Source: an uncultured Collinsella sp.
GTDB lineage: Bacteria; Actinomycetota; Coriobacteriia; Coriobacteriales; Coriobacteriaceae
DNA length: 64,000 nucleotides
Assembly: GCA_902491565.1 (NCBI GenBank)
Contig: CABUIE010000003.1
Span: 40,111 to 104,110, forward strand
Reading direction: 5' to 3'
In this document: positions 19,476 to 28,847 of the stretch, piece after piece
Layout: each line of letters opens with the position of its first letter
Position numbering within the stretch: the first letter of the stretch is position 1
Notes under the pieces: model-generated
Seen by the model: the letters and a program-made list of their open reading frames with translations, nothing else
Told to the model about the DNA's origin: nothing
Databases searched by the model: none
Translations under genes and position numbers: made by a program

Positions 19476-22193
19476 TCAGTTGTTATTGCCACCATCGAGC
19501 AATGCCTCAAAATCCTTTGCCTGCATGGGGCGGTAGTAGAGGAAGCCCTGAGCGTAGCGGGCGCCCATTTGTCGTAGCATGTTCGCCTGCTCATTTGTCT
19601 CGACGCCTTCAACCACGACGGGCAGATGGAGCGACTGCGCCATTTCGAGCATCGATGAAATGATTTGCGTGCTGCGGCCTTGATCGCGGTCGGTGGGCAC
19701 AAAGGTGCGGTCGAGCTTGATGACGTCGACGTTGACGTTCTTGAGCATCGCGAGCGTGGACTGACCGGTGCCAAAATCGTCCATATAGGTCGAGAAGCCG
19801 CGGGTGTGCAGATCTGCGGTCAGCTTATCCACGGCCTCGGATTCTCCCGTATAAGCCGTCTCGGTGATCTCGATACGCATGAGCTCGGGCGGTAGGTTGT
19901 ATTGGGCGGCGAGCGCCCCCATATGTTCGGCAACGTCGCAGGCAAGAATGTCCACGCGAGACACATTAAGCGAGACCGGAACCACGCGAAGACCGCGATC
20001 GAGACGCTCGCGAAGCCATATGGCGACACCCTGCCAAATGTACTTGTCGAGCGTTACTACAAAGCCGCTTTCCTCGAGTGCGGGGATAAACGTTGCGGGC
20101 GAAATGAGAGAGCCGTCCTTGTCAATCCAGCGTGTAAGAGCCTCGGCGCCAATGATCTTGCCGGTTTCCATATCGACCTGGGGCTGAAGGTAGTACGTGA
20201 TGCGGCCGTTTGAAAGTGCGTACTGGAATTCGGTCAGCGTGCGGTGGAACGCGACTTCGCGCTCGTACTCCGCAGGACAGAAAATGGCAATGCGCTCCTT
20301 GAAGTCGTTTTTTGCGCGCCGATTGGTAAACATGGCCTTTGCCTGCGCATCGATGGTGATCTCCTCATTGGAGTCGATGGGGTAAACGCCCATGGACGGC
20401 CAAAAACCTACGCCGTCATCATGCCTGGCTACTGCCTCGCGAACGCGGTTGTAGATTTGATGGACGGTGATGTGCTTAAAGGGGATGAGTGCGCAAAAGT
20501 CATCTTGGCCCCAGTACCCTGCGACGCCCATATCGGCATTCTCGACGTCCTTGAGGACCGTGCCCACATCGGCGAGTACGCGGTCGCCCTCGGCCTGGCC
20601 GTGCCATTCATTAAACAGGCGCATGTGACCCATGTCGACGGTGGCGATGCACCAGGTGTCGTCGCGCCTTGCCTCGAGAAATGCGTTGGCGCGCCGCATA
20701 AACTCGCTGGGTCGATAGAGGCCCGTGAGCGAGTCGATACGTTCGGCGATGGCGCTTTTGCGCTCCGCCTCGGGTATGGGGAGGCTGTCGTTGGGAACAA
20801 GCCCGCCGGCCGTGCGAAGGCGACGGTCGAGTTCGCCTAAAACGGCGGTCGCTTGATGGGTTAAGTGCTCGTAAAAGGCCGGGACGACAAGGCAGACGGG
20901 AGTAATGGTGTCGCCTGCGATTTGAACAGGAGCGAAAACGGCCTCTTTAAGGTGGCGGGCCAGTTGCTCGAATGCCTCGTGGTCCAAGTCGTTGCTGAGC
21001 ACGACGAACTGGACGCTTCGTGAACGGTAGACCCGGCTCCTGCCGCGGGTGATCGACAGCATGCGGCCTGCGTATTCGGCAAGCATGTTGTCGACAGCCT
21101 CGGCCCCGTAGAGCTCGTTGAGCTTTGTCGTGCCACGAACGCGCACCGCTATAAGCCCTGTCTCGCAACGATCGCGGCGGCAGGCATCGATAGCGTTGAT
21201 CAGCATACGCTGCGTTCCGAGGCCCGTGGCGGCGTCGACGGTCTCGGCAAGTGAGTGGTTGACAAGTTCGCCGACATAGAGCGAGGGGGCATTTCCGTCG
21301 CCGTCGATGCGAAACCCGCGAGCACGGCAGAGAACGTAGTCACCCGCGGCATTGCGCATGCGGTACTGCATGACGCGGCGGCGTTTGGAGCCGTTAAAGA
21401 TCTGGTTGATGTCGTTGGCGTAGGCCTCGAGGTCATCGGGATGGACACGCGTTTTCCAGAAATCGCGGCAGCTGTCTATGTGCTCCGAAGGAAGACCGAG
21501 ATCGCGCAAGGCACCTTGCGACCAAAGGGTGCGGTCCTTGTCCAAGTTCTCGATAAAGAAATAGCGGCCTTCGTTGAGCATCGAAAAGGCGTCGAAAATA
21601 CGGTCGCTTATTTCGAAGTCGTCGGTGTGGACTTGCGCGATATTACGTCGATCAAGATGCATGGCATGACGTAGCTTGTAGTCGTACATGCGATGGTCGG
21701 CATCGAGCGTCATGCGATTGGAGGCTTCGCCCAGGGCGGGGTCGGCGTGTGCCACTCCGTAGCTAAACGAGTGGGGCATCTCGGAATCGTTGTTTTTGAG
21801 CAGGATCGTTCGGCAGTGTTCCAGACGTTCGGCGAGGTCGTCCTCGGTCGCAATCGTAGATAGGATGGCAAACTCGTCGCCTCCCAGACGAAATGCCGCC
21901 TCGTCTACCTTCATATACAGCTTGAGATAAAGGCTTACCTGCAAGATATAGCGGTTGCCCTCGTCATGGCCAAAGACATCGTTGCAGTGCTTGAGATTGT
22001 CGATATCGATGAACGCCATGGTAACGGGAGCGTCCTGCTCCCAGAGCTCCTCGAGGGAACGGGCAAAGCCGCCGCGGTTGCCAAGTCCGGTAAGCTGGTC
22101 GGTAAAGGCGGTCCTAATCAGATCATCCTGACGCTCGAGAAGGTCGCGGACGGTCTTTTCGAGCGTTTCGGTGTAATTGCTGACAGTTTCCAT
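19476..22193 (-). CDS. GGDEF-PAS-(2x degenerate GGDEF)-EAL c-di-GMP protein
   Basis: RLGGDEF, VHPDD, GAEALTRW, EITET, DDFGTG, KLDR, EGVET, QGF. Confidence 0.9.
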   Translation of the reverse strand: METVSNYTETLEKTVRDLLERQDDLIRTAFTDQLTGLGNRGGFARSLEELWEQDAPVTMAFIDIDNLKHCNDVFGHDEGNRYILQVSLYLKLYMKVDEAAFRLGGDEFAILSTIATEDDLAERLEHCRTILLKNNDSEMPHSFSYGVAHADPALGEASNRMTLDADHRMYDYKLRHAMHLDRRNIAQVHTDDFEISDRIFDAFSMLNEGRYFFIENLDKDRTLWSQGALRDLGLPSEHIDSCRDFWKTRVHPDDLEAYANDINQIFNGSKRRRVMQYRMRNAAGDYVLCRARGFRIDGDGNAPSLYVGELVNHSLAETVDAATGLGTQRMLINAIDACRRDRCETGLIAVRVRGTTKLNELYGAEAVDNMLAEYAGRMLSITRGRSRVYRSRSVQFVVLSNDLDHEAFEQLARHLKEAVFAPVQIAGDTITPVCLVVPAFYEHLTHQATAVLGELDRRLRTAGGLVPNDSLPIPEAERKSAIAERIDSLTGLYRPSEFMRRANAFLEARRDDTWCIATVDMGHMRLFNEWHGQAEGDRVLADVGTVLKDVENADMGVAGYWGQDDFCALIPFKHITVHQIYNRVREAVARHDDGVGFWPSMGVYPIDSNEEITIDAQAKAMFTNRRAKNDFKERIAIFCPAEYEREVAFHRTLTEFQYALSNGRITYYLQPQVDMETGKIIGAEALTRWIDKDGSLISPATFIPALEESGFVVTLDKYIWQGVAIWLRERLDRGLRVVPVSLNVSRVDILACDVAEHMGALAAQYNLPPELMRIEITETAYTGESEAVDKLTADLHTRGFSTYMDDFGTGQSTLAMLKNVNVDVIKLDRTFVPTDRDQGRSTQIISSMLEMAQSLHLPVVVEGVETNEQANMLRQMGARYAQGFLYYRPMQAKDFEALLDGGNNN

Positions 22194-22517
22194 GTTCTAA
22201 GCGGCTTTCTGAGGTCGGGGCGGATTGCGTCGGGCGAGCTCGTTGTGTACACGTATCGTTGTTCGGCGTTTTGCGTGCATCCAGGCCCCCGCCTTGCTGC
22301 GTTGTTGAGTTACTTTGCCGGCTAATGTTCGCTGTTGATAACAGCTGGGTAGTGTAAACAACAATACCCAATTATATATGGGTGCACATGCTGTGGGCGG
22401 CTATTGTTCGACAAGCGGTAGCGCGACGATGCGATGCTTGATAAAAATGCGACTGGGGCGGTATATGTTGACGGGTATACTTGTTCCGTTTGAATTTGCG
22501 GGGACGGAGATGGTCGC

Positions 22518-23387
22518 ATGGCACAGTCAAATATGATGCGCACGGTGGGGCTGGCGCTCGAAGGAGGCGGCTACCGCGGTATGTATACGGCGGGCGTGCT
22601 CGACGTTTGGATGGAGCACGGTTTGACCTGCGACCATATGGTGGGTGTCTCGGCGGGCGCGGCGTTTGGCTACAACTTTAAATCGCGGCAGATTGGACGC
22701 GCCATTCGCTACAACAAGGCATATTGTGCCGATAAGCGCTATGCGGGTGTAGCAAGCTGGCTGCGGACTGGAGACATGTTCAATGCCGATTTTGCCTATC
22801 ATGAGGTGCCCATCGAGCGCGATCCCATCGACCTGGAGGCATATCGCGCCTGCCCCATGCGGTTTACGTGCGTGTGTACCGATATCGAGACGGGCAAGGC
22901 CGTCTATCACGACCTGCCTTATGGCGATGAGCGCGATATCGAGTGGATCCGGGCGTCGTCGGCTATTCCTGTGGCGACGCGTCCCGTTGCTATTGACGGA
23001 CATAAGTATCTGGATGGTGGCGTGGCTGATTCTATTCCCAGCGCATGGCTGTTTGCGCAGGGGTATGACCGAAACATCGTGGTACTCACGCAGCCGGCGG
23101 GCTTTGTGAAGCAGCCCAACAGCGTGATGCCCATGCTGCGGCGCGTGTTCCGTCACTACCCGGAGTTTGTCGCAGCGCTTGAGCATCGGCATGAGGTCTA
23201 CAATGCCACGCTCGATGACTTAGCACGTCGCGAGGCTGCCGGCGAAATCTTTGTGGTGCGGCCGAGCGAATCGGTGAAGGTACCGTCGCTGTGCCGTGAA
23301 CCGGATGAGCTCGAGCGTATCTATCAGATCGGTCGGCGCGATGCGGAGGCGACCTTGCCGGCGTTGGAAGCGTATCTGGCGGGGTAA
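22518..23387 (+). CDS. Patatin-like phospholipase
   Basis: LEGGGYRG, GVSAG, DGG motifs. Confidence 0.9.
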   Translation: MAQSNMMRTVGLALEGGGYRGMYTAGVLDVWMEHGLTCDHMVGVSAGAAFGYNFKSRQIGRAIRYNKAYCADKRYAGVASWLRTGDMFNADFAYHEVPIERDPIDLEAYRACPMRFTCVCTDIETGKAVYHDLPYGDERDIEWIRASSAIPVATRPVAIDGHKYLDGGVADSIPSAWLFAQGYDRNIVVLTQPAGFVKQPNSVMPMLRRVFRHYPEFVAALEHRHEVYNATLDDLARREAAGEIFVVRPSESVKVPSLCREPDELERIYQIGRRDAEATLPALEAYLAG

Positions 23388-23488
23388 GGGTCGCATGCGG
23401 AAAGCGCATCCCGGAATGGAGGTCCAAACTGGGATGCGCTTTCCATTGCTGAAGATATGAGGCCGCGAATAAGCTGCTCGGCCTATGC

Positions 23489-24184
23489 CTATGCCTGCTG
23501 CCAGGTGTCGACGAGCTCCTTGGCGGCGGCGTAGGGGTCGTCGGCACTGCAGACAGCGCTCACCACAAAGAAGCCATCGACGCCGGTGGCCTTGAGCTGC
23601 GGCAGGTCGGCCGTCTTGACGCCGCCGCCCACCACGATGGGCACGGGGCTTGCCGCGTGGAGTGCGGCCAGGTCCTCAAAGCTCTTGGTGATGATGGAGC
23701 CATCGGCTGCGCGTCCGCAGTCGCGCTTGGTCTCGGTCTCGTGGAGCGGGCCGATGCCCAGGTAGTCGACCAGGCTCATGTCGGCGGTCTTGACGTACTC
23801 GAGCATCTCCTCGCAACGGGCCGAAAGGCCCACGATGGCATCGGGGCCCAAAAGTTTGCGGCAGACCTCGACGGGAATATCGCTCTGGCCTACATGCACG
23901 CCATCGACAGCAATACCCTGCTCGCGCGCGGCGAGTACGCAGTCCAGGCGGTCGTCGATTAACAGGGCGACCTGACCGGTCTTGCCAGCCTGTGCGATTG
24001 CCTGCGCGGCGTCGCCGGTCAGTGCGATGATCTCGCGGGCGCTTGCCACCTTGGAGCGCACCTGGATGCAGGTAAAGCCTGCGTCGAGCGCCTGGGCCAC
24101 CACATCGCCCACGGGGCGTCCCAGCGTGTTTTCGGGGCCGAGTACTAGATAGGCCGAGATATCAAGGTTGTCGCGGATGCTCAT
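23489..24184 (-). CDS. thiE: Thiamine-phosphate synthase
   Basis: QVRSK, IDDR, DGVHVGQSD, YLGIGP..T.TK; in thi operon. Confidence 0.9.
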   Translation of the reverse strand: MSIRDNLDISAYLVLGPENTLGRPVGDVVAQALDAGFTCIQVRSKVASAREIIALTGDAAQAIAQAGKTGQVALLIDDRLDCVLAAREQGIAVDGVHVGQSDIPVEVCRKLLGPDAIVGLSARCEEMLEYVKTADMSLVDYLGIGPLHETETKRDCGRAADGSIITKSFEDLAALHAASPVPIVVGGGVKTADLPQLKATGVDGFFVVSAVCSADDPYAAAKELVDTWQQA

Positions 24185-24522
24185 CGTGCTTCCTCCTGCT
24201 TCTTGATCTGTGCTTCCATGCGCTCGAGCTTGCCGGTCATGGTGTCGGTAAATCCGGGACGAATATCGGCTTTGAGCACGACTTCGGTGCGGATGCCCTT
24301 GTTTGCCAGAACAAAGGTTGCGTCGCGCACGACCTGCATGACCTCGTCCCAGTCGCCTTCGATCTCGGTAAACATCGAGGTGGTGCGGTTGGGAAGGCCG
24401 CTCTCGCGTATGACGCGCACGACCTCGGCGACCTCGGCGGAGAGCTCATCGCCGGTGCCGCACGGGGCGATGGCCACGGCGACGAGCGTGTTCATGCCGG
24501 CATTGGTTGTGGGCTCGGACAT
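24181..24522 (-). CDS. Thiamine/HMP-binding protein (DUF77/MTH1187 family)
   Basis: IRESGL...SMFTEIEGDWDEVM...KADIRPG. Confidence 0.85.
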   Translation of the reverse strand: MSEPTTNAGMNTLVAVAIAPCGTGDELSAEVAEVVRVIRESGLPNRTTSMFTEIEGDWDEVMQVVRDATFVLANKGIRTEVVLKADIRPGFTDTMTGKLERMEAQIKKQEEAR

Positions 24523-24525
24523 GGC

Positions 24526-25365
24526 CTATGCCTCCTCGAGCTCGAGTTGGTTATCGGCAATGTCCTGGGCGGTTGCGCGGTAGAGCTCGTCGATAAAGGC
24601 GACCTTAAAGCTTGCCGGGGCATCGGCGACAGCGGCGGCGCGCGTGCCGGCAACGTTGTAGACGGCGGTGCCGCAGACGGCTGCCGTAAACGGATCGGCA
24701 GCGCAGGCGTACACGGCCAGCACGCCGCCCTGCGAGCAGCCGCAGCCGGTGATCTTGGACATGAGCGGGCTGCCGCCGTGGGACTTGGCCACGGTCGTGC
24801 CGTCGGTGATTAGGTCGACTTCGCCCGAGACCACTACGGCGCCGCCGGTGTAGCGAGCGAGCGCCACGGCAGCATCGCGGGCGGCGTCGACCGTGTCGGT
24901 GGTATCGACACCGCGCACGCGGCTCAGATCAGCCGCCTCGCCCTCAAGGCCCCACAGGCCGGCGAGCGCGATGATCTCGGAGGCGTTGCCGCGTACGATG
25001 GCGGGCTTGTACTGCTTGAGCTCGTTTACCAGCTGGGTGCGCAGGCTGCCGATGCCCAGGCCCACCGGATCGAGCACCCAGGGCTTGCCGGCGTCGTGTG
25101 CCGCCTTGGCCGCGCGGGGAATCGTCTGCTCGTAGATGGGGAAGAGCGTGCCCATGTTGAGATAGATGGCGCCGCCGCCGGCAACGAGCGCCTCGCCCTC
25201 GTCGGGCAGATAGACCATGGCGGCCGAACCGCCCACGGCGAGCTGCGCGTTGGCGACAAAGTCGATCGTCACCGTGTTGGTGATGGAGCCGGCCATCGGA
25301 TTGGTGGCGCGAATCTCATCCACGGCCTTGACCATATGTTGCTTAAGCTGTTCCGAATCAATCAC
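24526..25365 (-). CDS. thiM: Hydroxyethylthiazole kinase
   Basis: ITNTV..FVANAQLAVGGSAAM, VLDPVG, RGNASEI, ITGCGCS; GTG start after AAGGAGG. Confidence 0.92.
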   Translation of the reverse strand: MIDSEQLKQHMVKAVDEIRATNPMAGSITNTVTIDFVANAQLAVGGSAAMVYLPDEGEALVAGGGAIYLNMGTLFPIYEQTIPRAAKAAHDAGKPWVLDPVGLGIGSLRTQLVNELKQYKPAIVRGNASEIIALAGLWGLEGEAADLSRVRGVDTTDTVDAARDAAVALARYTGGAVVVSGEVDLITDGTTVAKSHGGSPLMSKITGCGCSQGGVLAVYACAADPFTAAVCGTAVYNVAGTRAAAVADAPASFKVAFIDELYRATAQDIADNQLELEEA

Positions 25366-25387
25366 TGCACATGCCTCCTTGGCATAG

Positions 25388-25419
25388 AAAAGGGGCGCTG
25401 TGCATAGACAGCGCCCCTG
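25388..25419 (-). terminator. Attenuator terminator of the TPP riboswitch
   Basis: AGGGGCGCTG..CAGCGCCCCTTTT on the minus strand, between aptamer and thiM RBS. Confidence 0.75.
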
Positions 25420-25429
25420 TAAAGGCGGC

Positions 25430-25521
25430 ATGCTCCCTACGCCAGCATTAACTGACAGGTTCAAAGGATTGGGCCCCATGCCCTCTCAGCCTTGTGGTTT
25501 GCACCGCCGGCACTCCCGCAT
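25430..25521 (-). ncRNA. TPP riboswitch
   Basis: Minus strand GGGAGTGC...GGCTGAGAG...CCTTTGAACCTG..GTTAATGCTGGCGTAGGGAGC upstream of thiM. Confidence 0.93.
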
Positions 25522-25548
25522 CGAATCTGTTGTTCCCTATACTAACGC

Positions 25549-25583
25549 ACCTGCCAAAAAGGGACAGGTTTATTTTGGCAGGT
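25549..25583. repeat. REP-like palindrome (copy 2 of 1217-1253)
   Basis: ACCTGCCAAAAAGGGACAGGTTTATTTTGGCAGGT. Confidence 0.8.
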
Positions 25584-25620
25584 CGTTACAATAGGTAGGA
25601 CCGATACGAATGGGGACCTC

Positions 25621-26529
25621 ATGATCAAACTTGTGCTGACCGATATGGACGATACGCTGATTCCAGCCGGGCATGACGGCGCCAGCGACTACGCCATCGA
25701 GGGTATTCATGCCATGCAAGCGGCGGGTCTGCACTTTGGTCCGGTTTCGGGTCGTCAGCCGTCCGCGATGGGCTGGATGTTCAAAAATCGTTCCGAGTGT
25801 TTTTCGACTGGCGCGTTCTGTAACGGCCAGGTGATGTTTGTCGGCGGCGAAGTAGTCGCCTCGCACGCAATCGACAACGATGCTCTGATGTGTTTGGCCG
25901 ACTATCTGGAGCAAGAGACCGACGATACATTTTTAAAAGTCTATAGCCTGGGCGATGACTTTTGGGGCAACGATGCCTATTGCGTGACGAGTGATCCCGA
26001 GCGCGTTCGTCGCGCCATGGAGTCGGGCGGCAACGCATGGCTCAAAGGCGAAGAGGCCCCGTGCCGTCCCGTCGTTGATGAAGTGCCGGTGTTCAAGGCG
26101 AATATCTGGAGTGCCCGTTCGCGTGAGGAGCTCGCGGAGCTACGCGAGCGCGTTGCCGTTGAGGTGCCGGAACTCTCGCTTGTGTTTCCCAACAACCGAG
26201 TGCGCCTGTTTGACATCCTTCCAGCAGGTTGGGACAAGGGTTGCGCTGCGCTGGAGTTGGCGCGCGCTTTGGACCTGACGCCCGATGAGGTGGCCGTATT
26301 TGGCGATTCCGATAACGATCTGCCCATGATCGATGCCGTTCCCAACTCCGTTGCAGTCGCCAATGCCAACGAGGCCGTCACGGCTGCCGCGCGCTGGCAT
26401 ATCGGCGCTGCGGTAGACGATGCGGTTGCCGGGGCTCTGCATCAGATTGCCGCCTGTGCCGCGACGGGGGAGATGCCGCCGTTTATGCGTCAGATGGATA
26501 CGACGGGTTTCGACGTCACGAACGTCTAG
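25621..26529 (+). CDS. Cof-type HAD-IIB hydrolase
   Basis: DMDDTL, SGR, DKG, FGDSDNDLPM. Confidence 0.9.
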   Translation: MIKLVLTDMDDTLIPAGHDGASDYAIEGIHAMQAAGLHFGPVSGRQPSAMGWMFKNRSECFSTGAFCNGQVMFVGGEVVASHAIDNDALMCLADYLEQETDDTFLKVYSLGDDFWGNDAYCVTSDPERVRRAMESGGNAWLKGEEAPCRPVVDEVPVFKANIWSARSREELAELRERVAVEVPELSLVFPNNRVRLFDILPAGWDKGCAALELARALDLTPDEVAVFGDSDNDLPMIDAVPNSVAVANANEAVTAAARWHIGAAVDDAVAGALHQIAACAATGEMPPFMRQMDTTGFDVTNV

Positions 26530-26539
26530 GGAGAAAGCT

Positions 26540-27436
26540 ATGAAGCTCCAGCAGCTCAGGTATGTCGTCAAAGTTGCCGAATGCGGCAGCATCACCGAGG
26601 CCTCGCGCCGGCTCTTTGTGTCGCAGCCTTCGATTACCGCGTCGATCCGCGATCTCGAAAACGAGATGGGCGTGCACATCTTTGAGCGCACCAACAAGGG
26701 CGTCATTGTGTCCGAGGAAGGCGAGACCTTCTTGGGCTACGCGCGCCAGGTACTCGACCAGGCCGACCTGCTCGAGGGCAAATACAAGGGCGCATCCGAG
26801 CAGGTGCCGCACTTTAGTGTGAGCTGCCAGCATTATTCCTTTGCCGTTAACGCGTTTGTTGACGTGATCCGCGAGTTCGATGCCGCGCGTTACGACTTCA
26901 CCCTGCGCGAGGAACAGACTCACGAGATTATCGAGGACGTCGCGCATATGAAAAGCGAACTGGGCATCCTGTACTTATCCGAGCATAACCGCGAGGTTAT
27001 CGAGCGCATGCTCGCCGCCAACGAGCTCGTATTCGAGGGACTCTTCTGCGCCGCGCCGCATGTCTTTGTATGCGCCGACCATCCACTGGCGGACTGCGCC
27101 AGCGTGACGCTCGAGGACTTGGAAGACTACCCGTTCTTGTCCTATGAGCAGGGCAGTTATAACTCGTTCTACTATTCCGAGGAGCTGACTTCGACGTTCG
27201 AGCGTCGCAAAAATATCCGCGTGCGCGACCGTGCGACGTTGTTCAATTTGGCCATGGGCCTCAACGGCTACACGGTATGCTCGGGCGTGATCAGCCACGA
27301 GCTCAACGGCCCCGGCATTATCTCGATTCCGCTCGACGTGGACGAGTACATGGAGATTGGCATCATCACGCGCAAGAACACGACACTTACGCGCTATGGG
27401 CAGGCCTATATCGACGCGATTCGTCAGCATATCTAG
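26540..27436 (+). CDS. LysR regulator, MtaR/MetR-like
   Basis: LysR HTH (LFVSQPSIT); QHYSF and RDRATL motifs; directly upstream of the metE-like gene. Confidence 0.88.
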   Translation: MKLQQLRYVVKVAECGSITEASRRLFVSQPSITASIRDLENEMGVHIFERTNKGVIVSEEGETFLGYARQVLDQADLLEGKYKGASEQVPHFSVSCQHYSFAVNAFVDVIREFDAARYDFTLREEQTHEIIEDVAHMKSELGILYLSEHNREVIERMLAANELVFEGLFCAAPHVFVCADHPLADCASVTLEDLEDYPFLSYEQGSYNSFYYSEELTSTFERRKNIRVRDRATLFNLAMGLNGYTVCSGVISHELNGPGIISIPLDVDEYMEIGIITRKNTTLTRYGQAYIDAIRQHI

Positions 27437-27483
27437 ACTGCTGCGTTCTGCACAGGTCAAATCTCTTTACGGCAGTCCAAACT

Positions 27484-27504
27484 GATATAGGAATCATCTA
27501 TATC
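27484..27504. promoter_or_regulatory. LysR operator resembling the MET box (TATAG-N7-CTATA)
   Basis: GATATAG-GAATCAT-CTATATC perfect dyad upstream of the metE-like gene. Confidence 0.65.
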
Positions 27505-27591
27505 AAACTGTTATAAACATATATTTTACGATGACCACATGAGCGCTCATACTCTGTCCCAGCAAAGCAACCAATGCAAAGGGAGATATCT

Positions 27592-28725
27592 ATGAGTGCT
27601 TTAACCACGCTGAACGCACCGTTTCGCGCCGATATCGTCGGCAGCTTTCTTCGTCCACAGGCTGTTAAGGATGCACGTGCCGCCTATGCCGCGGGCACAC
27701 TCGACGCCGCCGGCCTTAAGGCCGTCGAGGACGATGCCATTCGCGATTTGGTGGCCAAGCAGAAGGCCGCCGGCCTGCAGGTCATCACCGATGGCGAGTT
27801 CCGCCGTAGTTACTGGCACCTCGACTTTATGTGGGGCCTCAATGGCATTGAGCGCCGTACCTCGCGTACGGGTTATATGTTCCATGATGAGGAGACGACG
27901 GCCGATACCGCCGTGGTGACCGGCTCCATCAGCGGCGAGAGCCACCCCTTCGTCGAGCACTTCAAGTTTGTCAAGGCACTTGAGGGCGAGGGCCGCGTTG
28001 CACGCCAGACCATCCCGGCGCCTATCCAGACGTTCTCTGAGGTCACGCTCGATCGCTGCGACGGCCAGCAGGAGAGCCTGCGCGCTGTCTATAAGACCGA
28101 TGAGGAGCTTGCCGACGCCATTGCAGCCGCTTATCGCACGGTGATCGCCGACCTGTACGCTGCAGGCTGCCGCAACATCCAGTTTGATGACTGCACCTGG
28201 GGCATCTATTGCGATACCGACTTTGTGTCCAAGACCGGAATGAGCCCGGTTGATCTGCAAAAGGTAAGCGAGCTGGGCGTGGCGCTCAACAACGCCGCCA
28301 TCGAGGGCAAGCCCGATGACCTGATCATTAACACGCACGTGTGCCGCGGTAACTACCACTCTACCTATGCCTTCGAGGGCGGCTACGACCCCATCGCGCC
28401 GTACCTGTTCGCAAACGAGGATGTCGACGCATTTTACCTGGAGTTCGATACGCCGCGCGCCGGCGGTTTTGAGCCGCTGAAGTATGTTGCCCCCGGCAAG
28501 AAGGTCGTGTTGGGCCTGGTGACCACCAAGGCCGCTGAGCTTGAGGACGAGGATGCCATCGTCGAGCGTATTCACGAGGCCGCAAGGTATGTTCCGCTCG
28601 AGAACCTGTATCTGTCGCCCCAGTGCGGCTTTGCCAGCTGCGAGATTGGCAACAAGCTGACCGAGGACGAGCAATGGGCAAAGATCGCGCTGGTCAAGCG
28701 CGTTGCCGAGCGCGTTTGGAAATAA
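27592..28725 (+). CDS. Cobalamin-independent methionine synthase, single-barrel (MetE2/YxjH-like)
   Basis: VGSFLRP, ITDGEFRR, HVCRGN, LEFD, LSPQCGFAS. Confidence 0.88.
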   Translation: MSALTTLNAPFRADIVGSFLRPQAVKDARAAYAAGTLDAAGLKAVEDDAIRDLVAKQKAAGLQVITDGEFRRSYWHLDFMWGLNGIERRTSRTGYMFHDEETTADTAVVTGSISGESHPFVEHFKFVKALEGEGRVARQTIPAPIQTFSEVTLDRCDGQQESLRAVYKTDEELADAIAAAYRTVIADLYAAGCRNIQFDDCTWGIYCDTDFVSKTGMSPVDLQKVSELGVALNNAAIEGKPDDLIINTHVCRGNYHSTYAFEGGYDPIAPYLFANEDVDAFYLEFDTPRAGGFEPLKYVAPGKKVVLGLVTTKAAELEDEDAIVERIHEAARYVPLENLYLSPQCGFASCEIGNKLTEDEQWAKIALVKRVAERVWK

Positions 28726-28847
28726 CGGTAACGTTCGCAGGTGGCGGCGCGTGCGAGACATGGCGTATCGCGTACAATGGTTCGGATCGTATCGTTCGGG
28801 CAGGTTATCCGATATGCCCGATCACCCTTCCATTCGAAAGGACATCC

